NCBI GenBank assembly: GCA_010015585.1
Contig: ML975192.1
Source: Eremomyces bilateralis CBS 781.70
Taxonomy: Eukaryota
DNA length: 64,000 nucleotides
Reading direction: 5' to 3' (one strand)
Both the position numbers and the translations under genes were made by a program. Positions 58,179-64,000 of the stretch are shown piece after piece (the stretch's first letter is position 1; every line of letters starts with the position of its first letter). Under the pieces are notes generated by a model, which made no database searches, was not told where the DNA came from, and saw only the letters and a list, made by a program, of their open reading frames with translations.

Positions 58179-58367
58179 AAAGATGTGAAAGGGCGACCTC
58201 AATGCATTAAATCTATAAACGGATCGGTGCCATTCTTGCGATGTCCCGCCAAACTCTGATCTTCGATGCCTTATATCACGACATGATCATAAGTATTTTG
58301 ATTTCGCGGCCGTGCCCATGCTGTGAGCCTCCACCGTTCCACCTCGCCATATTTCCAGGAATTTGTG

Positions 58368-59464
58368 TCAGAGCGTCGCACACCGCTCGAACTCAGCCAG
58401 GACACGCTCATACGTCCACATCGTCACTGCACTCGCGGGTGCCGCCTTGAGGAGTCCTACAGTTAACCCTCGATATAAGCCTCGTACGCCTTCAACTTTG
58501 AGGATATTCTGCAACGTTTTCGCGACGCCGCCTTCATATAATGGGATGTTCCTGTGCACGTATCTCATACGCTCCGGCCCCTGAACCTGTAGCCTTTTAC
58601 GGACAGTGTCAAGCGGGAAAACCACAGTTTTCGAGCAAACGGATGCAATCACACCGGCAACTGCATCGGGTGACCCAATGCTACTCAACGGAAGGGAGGA
58701 AGACACAAGATATGGCTGCGTGGAACCATATATTGCGAAGAAGAGGCCCATATAAGGCACCACTTGGCTGATCCCAGCCCCGATTCCCCGATAAAATCCC
58801 CCTACGCCTTCCGACGTATATATTTGATGGACGGAGCGAAGGATGGAAGGGTAAATCCGATCTTGTCCTTGGGCAGCGAATCGAGTCCGAAGAAGGTCGA
58901 GAGGGTAAGTCGCGGTGGTTGCACAGATTCCAGCGGACGCGCCTGAAACGAAAGATGTCGCGGATGAAGGCAGATCGAGCCCGGATACTAAAGCCGATGC
59001 CTGACGATAGGCGAGGAACTGGACCGCGCCATACATCAGGTAAAGGAACTCCGCAGGGACATTGCCCTTCCACAGAGCCTATCTATATCAGCAGCGGCAT
59101 CCATTGTCCAGATTGGAATCCTGACCGAAACACCCTCATCTCTTAGGATGTGTTTCAGGGTTCCAAAAGCGCCCTTATACGTCGGACCTATCACGCCCCG
59201 GTGGGACAAAGGGTCGGATAGCGAATGGCTCTGCAATTGAAGTCGGATCTTGATGACATCTAGGGGGGCGACGACAAATCTGACTCGTTGTTATTTGTGC
59301 CGCAGGCTAAGGATCTGCGAGGACAATCACCTCGACAAAAGACCGGATATGGCACCAGCAATGAGAACCTGATGTCGAGGAACCTATTGAATGTCAGGAC
59401 TGGATGATGTTGGTAGTAATTTCTCTTGACTTACCTCATGCTTCAGTCTCGTTGTATCCGACAT
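58368..59464 (-). CDS. TPC1: Mitochondrial thiamine pyrophosphate carrier
   Basis: Three PxDxxK/R carrier motifs; [13 protein letters not shown] and KGNVPAE...YGAVQF; three introns. Confidence 0.82.
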
Positions 59465-60491
59465 ACATCGAATACTGGCAGGGTTCTTTCACTAAGGTAT
59501 AGCTATGGCCAACAGTAAAACAATACGGGGAGTGAGGTCGTGTTTTCCTACATCATCCAGTCCCCAATTCAAGACATGATGGACAATTGGACATTCTGTT
59601 GATGGATATCAAATGTCGTCAGGGTTTGGTCCGAACTATTTGTTTTGTCCTTATTGCCTGGTTGCCTTGGTCCAGCACCTGCACCAGCACCTGCACCAGC
59701 ACCCAGATAAGACTCTGTCACGTGATGTCAGCACTGCTCTTTTGAATTTGTTTGATGTTAGAAATTCCACCTGCAGTCATATCTACAAGCCCTTACGAAC
59801 AGTCATATTGATCTTGTGATTACCAGCAGTCACTAGATTGGTTTCATTGTGACAAGTGACTTCCTTTACGGAGTATTATGCCCTTAAATGGTTCCCGTCT
59901 CCTATCCAACTCCGAATATCGGACCGCGTACCCATGTTGGCGGGACAGAACGACTACGATATAGAATCCAGCATGCACACTCAGCCAATTCGACCTCAAG
60001 GCCGCAGCATTTCTCGACCGGATTACGCCGGACTTCAGCAAATGATACCGATTTCTACATCCTCCAGCCCGAACTCTGGACGAGCAAAATCTCTGTGGAC
60101 CATGGTGATGTATGGCTGCATGCGTTTGCGGAGTTGAGTATCGAGCTTCTCGCTCCTACCCGACCATCGGAATTAAACAATAGCTCTCCCAGTATTATCA
60201 GACCATGAACTAATCCTGCCCCTGGAATCCCGTTCCCGAGCCTTGTTTCCCTTGTTGCATGCACTCTTTACCACGCCAATCCGTTTGGCCGAGAACTGGG
60301 AGCCGACTTTGACCGGCAGTTTTAGCGTGCATGCTTCTCAATCCTCAAACCTTTTCCGACATCCTTTCGCGGGACCCCGACGTCGGTTCACAGGGTAGAA
60401 GAAATGGAACCACCATCGCGTAAATTCCGTTTTTATGTGAACAAGCCATCGTTCTGGTTTAATCTTTCTCCAGGTAGTTCTCTCTGGCGCC

Positions 60492-61952
60492 ATGTCTTCT
60501 ATCTGGCGTCATCCATCCTCCACTCGATGCTGGCTCCTCAATTTCTCGGGCCGGTCCCTTTCCACGAGGACATATGCTTCTGTCCCCATCCCCACAAATC
60601 CACTCAGAAATGAAATCCATCGGAGTTCGAGGCAGTCTGTTCTGTCGAGTTGTCGTCGCTGGGTGCCCGTAGGCTTGTCTGGGGTGCAGCAGTCATCCTT
60701 CACGATCAGCCATGGCAAATGCTCCACCAGCATGCCAGCTTCTACTACACTTTCCGACTCCGAGTTAATTGGTATCGATGTGAATGGACACATGACTCCG
60801 TTTCATGCCATATTCTTAAGGGATTCCTGCTCTTGTGCGGCCTGTATCGACCCATCAACAAGGCAAAAGCTCTTTCAGACGGCAGATATTCCTCTAGAGC
60901 TTAGACCTCGGATCGAGCAATCTACGGACGAAACTGTTAGACTTAGCTGGGAGAATGATGTTGCAGGATTTTCGTCGGATCATGAAACAGTCATTTCGAA
61001 GGCCTTCCTGGCCGATGTACTCGCGTTGCAAACCAAGGTATTGCGAGAGAAAACCGAGGACCCTCAAACACAATTGTACTGGGATGCCGCCCAGATGGAG
61101 AAGGAGAATTCCTCCATCAGTTACCATGACTATCAATCAACCGCTGGTGGTGTCTTCGAGATAGTCGATCGGCTATGGAGATACGGACTCGCGTTCCTCA
61201 AGGATGTCCCGGATGAAGTGGACTCAATCGAGAAGATAGCCACTCGCATTGGGCCTCTCCGAAATTCGTTTTACGGGACTACTTGGGATGTACGATCCAT
61301 TCCTAATTCGAAGAACATTGCCTATACGGACAAGTTTCTGGGTCTCCATATGGACTTGCTGTATATGGTCAATCCTCCGCGAATCCAGATTCTACATTCA
61401 CTCCGGGCGAGGGCACCGGGGGGAGCCTCGATGTTTTCGGATTCCTTCCGTGCTGCGGAATTGCTTCAACGGTCCAACATTGCCGGTTTCCGTTCTCTGG
61501 CAACTTTCCCAGTGACGTATCATTACGACAACGACGGACAACACTACCGTTTCACAAGACCGACAGTTGAACTAGTTGGAATTACCGATGTGAATAGTCT
61601 GACGGATAGTGATCTTGCTGCCGCACGCATTGAGAGAATCAATTGGTCACCGCCTTTCCAAGGACCATTTTCCGCAGGCTTTGGCGTCCATGATTCTGCG
61701 GTGGCCTTGAAATCGTATCTGGCTGCAGCAAAGACATTCAATGAGTCGCTGAACTCGGAAGAGCACATGTACGAATATAGGCTGAAAGAGGGAGAGGCCG
61801 TGGTGTTCGACAATCGGCGCGTGTTGCATGCCAGACGGGCTTTTGATGCTCAGGGTGGTGAGAGGTGGCTTCGAGGGGGTTATGTTGATGAAGATGTGTG
61901 GAAGAGCCAAATCAGAGTTGCTGGCAAAAGAATTTCTGACAATCAAAGCTGA
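60492..61952 (+). CDS. Gamma-butyrobetaine dioxygenase-like TauD-family Fe/2OG enzyme, probably mitochondrial
   Basis: Presequence-like N-terminus, LRDSCSCAAC domain, LHMD, FDNRRVLHAR, RWLRGGY. Confidence 0.88.
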   Translation: MSSIWRHPSSTRCWLLNFSGRSLSTRTYASVPIPTNPLRNEIHRSSRQSVLSSCRRWVPVGLSGVQQSSFTISHGKCSTSMPASTTLSDSELIGIDVNGHMTPFHAIFLRDSCSCAACIDPSTRQKLFQTADIPLELRPRIEQSTDETVRLSWENDVAGFSSDHETVISKAFLADVLALQTKVLREKTEDPQTQLYWDAAQMEKENSSISYHDYQSTAGGVFEIVDRLWRYGLAFLKDVPDEVDSIEKIATRIGPLRNSFYGTTWDVRSIPNSKNIAYTDKFLGLHMDLLYMVNPPRIQILHSLRARAPGGASMFSDSFRAAELLQRSNIAGFRSLATFPVTYHYDNDGQHYRFTRPTVELVGITDVNSLTDSDLAAARIERINWSPPFQGPFSAGFGVHDSAVALKSYLAAAKTFNESLNSEEHMYEYRLKEGEAVVFDNRRVLHARRAFDAQGGERWLRGGYVDEDVWKSQIRVAGKRISDNQS

Positions 61953-62272
61953 TAAAGAGAATACGGTTTTTGAAAGGCCCGAATTATTTACTTTAGCTAT
62001 TTTATGAAATATGAAAATGTCAATCCCGTAAGGATCAATTATATGGAATCGGGAAACCCCTGATCTGATTGCCACTTGCTACGATTTCAACTCATGAAAA
62101 TATAAGATCCTATTAACGTCTTGGTCTCAGAAAAATTCAACTCCTTCATCACTCTTCCCACCTGCTTACGATATCATTCGCTGCAATAACACAAAGTGGA
62201 ACAATTCTTGGGATTTGATGCTACATGTCCCAGCCAGCAAAGTGAGGCGCTTACTCAGTCTTGACTGCCAGC

Positions 62273-63928
62273 ATGGCCAAGAATATCATCGTCCAGCCAT
62301 CTCCACTCGGGGGACGCGGAGTATTCGCCAGCAAATCCTTCAGCCCTGGTGAAGAGCTCTTTACGGTATCTCGACCTCTATTGTCATCGCTTGATGGCAT
62401 ACGACTTCACGATACGTGCGTGAATTGCCTAAAATGGGATGGCGATGCGACTATTGGCGTTCAAGAGACTCCTTTAGAGTCTACTCTGAAGGCTTGCAGC
62501 GGGTGCAAAATATTCAAGTATTGCCGCAAGGTATGTGCTTTTCGAACTGAAAATTTTGAGATGCAAATGTTTCATCGCTCGCCGACTGTGGTGGATAGAT
62601 AGTCAAACTGGTCCTGGAGATTACATTGTCCTTCCGTTTTGCATACGTTGATCTTCGGGTTCACGTAGAGGTGCTAACTCCGTTTCCCAGGAGTGTCAAA
62701 GAGAGCACTGGAGACTTATCCACAAGGTTCAATGTCCTTTCATCAGCAAACAAAAGAGATATCAAGATTATCCTGCCTCTGTGCGGGGCACGATGGACCT
62801 GCTCCTCATGATTCCCAATCTTCAACTCCCGCAGAAACAAGCAATCGGAGAGCTCCTCTCACATATTGAGGAGCGAAGCAAAGGGGGTGAATGGGAGACG
62901 ACCCAAGTCCTTGCCGTAGCGGCTTGCAAATTCGCTAAACGGCCAGACAACGACGCGGCCTTTGCTCTATCATTATACTGCAAGGTAGGTTAGAGAATGG
63001 ATAGGGGAGACACCACTGACAGAACCAGGTCATGACAAATGCCATCACCTTGGTTGGCAAAACTCTCGATCCACTGGGACTTTGCGTGGATCTTTTTGTA
63101 TCCTGTATCAACCATTCCTGCGATCCGAACGTATTCTTTGTCATGGATGGCCAGGCACTCTCCGCACGCTGCCTCAAGAAGATACAGGAAGGTGATGAAT
63201 TATCTATTTCATATGTGGAGCCCACCAATCCGACGATGATCAGACGTAAGGAGTTGAAAGAGAAATTCTTCTTCGACTGCAAGTGCCCAAAGTGTCTGAA
63301 CGAAGGAAATACTCCCGAGGATCGATTCCAAGGCGACAGCTCGACGGATGGGCCAGCGAAGAGGGTACAAGACGAGGCCTTCAACACCCTGTTTTCTGTG
63401 AGACGTGGAAAGGTTCTTCCGGAAAAGATCATTTCGGAACTGAAGAGGGCACTCGATCTCTGCCAACGAAGCGGTTTCTTCTCAATCGAGCGGCAGCCAA
63501 TACCTTCCATCTGCAGCGATCTCTACGTTGAACTCATGATGCAAGATCGTCACGACGAGTCATTTGAGCACGTATTCAAAATCTATACCGAAACCGATCC
63601 GAAATGGTATCCGAATTTTCATCCGGCACGTCTTGCCCATACCTATGTCCTAGCACGGTTGATGAAGTACTTCTGCTTCCAGCCTGGCCGCGAACCACAG
63701 GAACTAAGAGGCCATGACCTGCATCTGGTATATTACGGCCTCCTCCTTGAGATCGAGAGCAACCTCAACAAAAGCCACGGCCCGACTCATTCGTTCGCGA
63801 AAGGAGTGCGGGCGGAAATTAACATGCTTCGGGAAGAACTACAGCGCGATGCAATAGTCTCGATACATCGCGAGCTACCATCCATCATGACAGCGTTTCG
63901 TGGGCTGAAGAAGCAAATCACAAGGTGA
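62273..63928 (+). CDS. SET and MYND domain lysine methyltransferase (SMYD)
   Basis: GRGVFA, MYND CSGCK..KYC, INHSCDPN, ELSISY, FDCKCPKC; two introns. Confidence 0.9.
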
Positions 63929-64000
63929 CGAGACGCAACAACCATTTCTGAAGCTAGAGTCTTTCGCAGCCTAGGAAATGATGAGATGCATGATGGGTGA

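Noticed and set aside
59670..59705. CCAGCACCTGCA 12-bp tandem repeat upstream of TPC1
   Set aside because: Too short; ordinary slippage repeat.

Overview
Eukaryotic DNA from a filamentous ascomycete (short GT-AG introns with CTAAC/CTGAC branch sites, RIP-type C>T damage in repeats). The window has two compartments. (1) 1-22008 is an accessory, repeat-rich block. It holds a 4-exon gene for a secreted four-module protein (HEXXH zincin protease, spherulin-4/GH135 hydrolase, FN3, KP4-like killer-toxin domain), nested LTR remnants, a pogo/Fot1 end, and a 6.3-kb Mutator-like element carrying a convergent micro-exon C2H2 gene. Most notably, about 10.78-15.69 kb is an array of at least 4 (probably 5) different single-gene units that share a promoter block, a stem-loop and a downstream common region. 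One unit encodes an intact geminivirus/genomovirus-type capsid-like protein. The best reading is an integrated multipartite circular ssDNA (CRESS-like) mycovirus with a non-canonical origin loop; no Rep gene is visible in the window. (2) 22009-64000 is compact core genome: CUE3, RPS20, DHR2, KEL3, NAD(P)HX dehydratase, a lipase, ERV46, a tamA/DAL81-like regulator, FAT1, an M14 carboxypeptidase, BRR2, a She3-like protein, TPA1, TPC1, a butyrobetaine dioxygenase-like enzyme and a SET-MYND protein. All calls were made by eye from motifs and manual splicing; no database searches were run.
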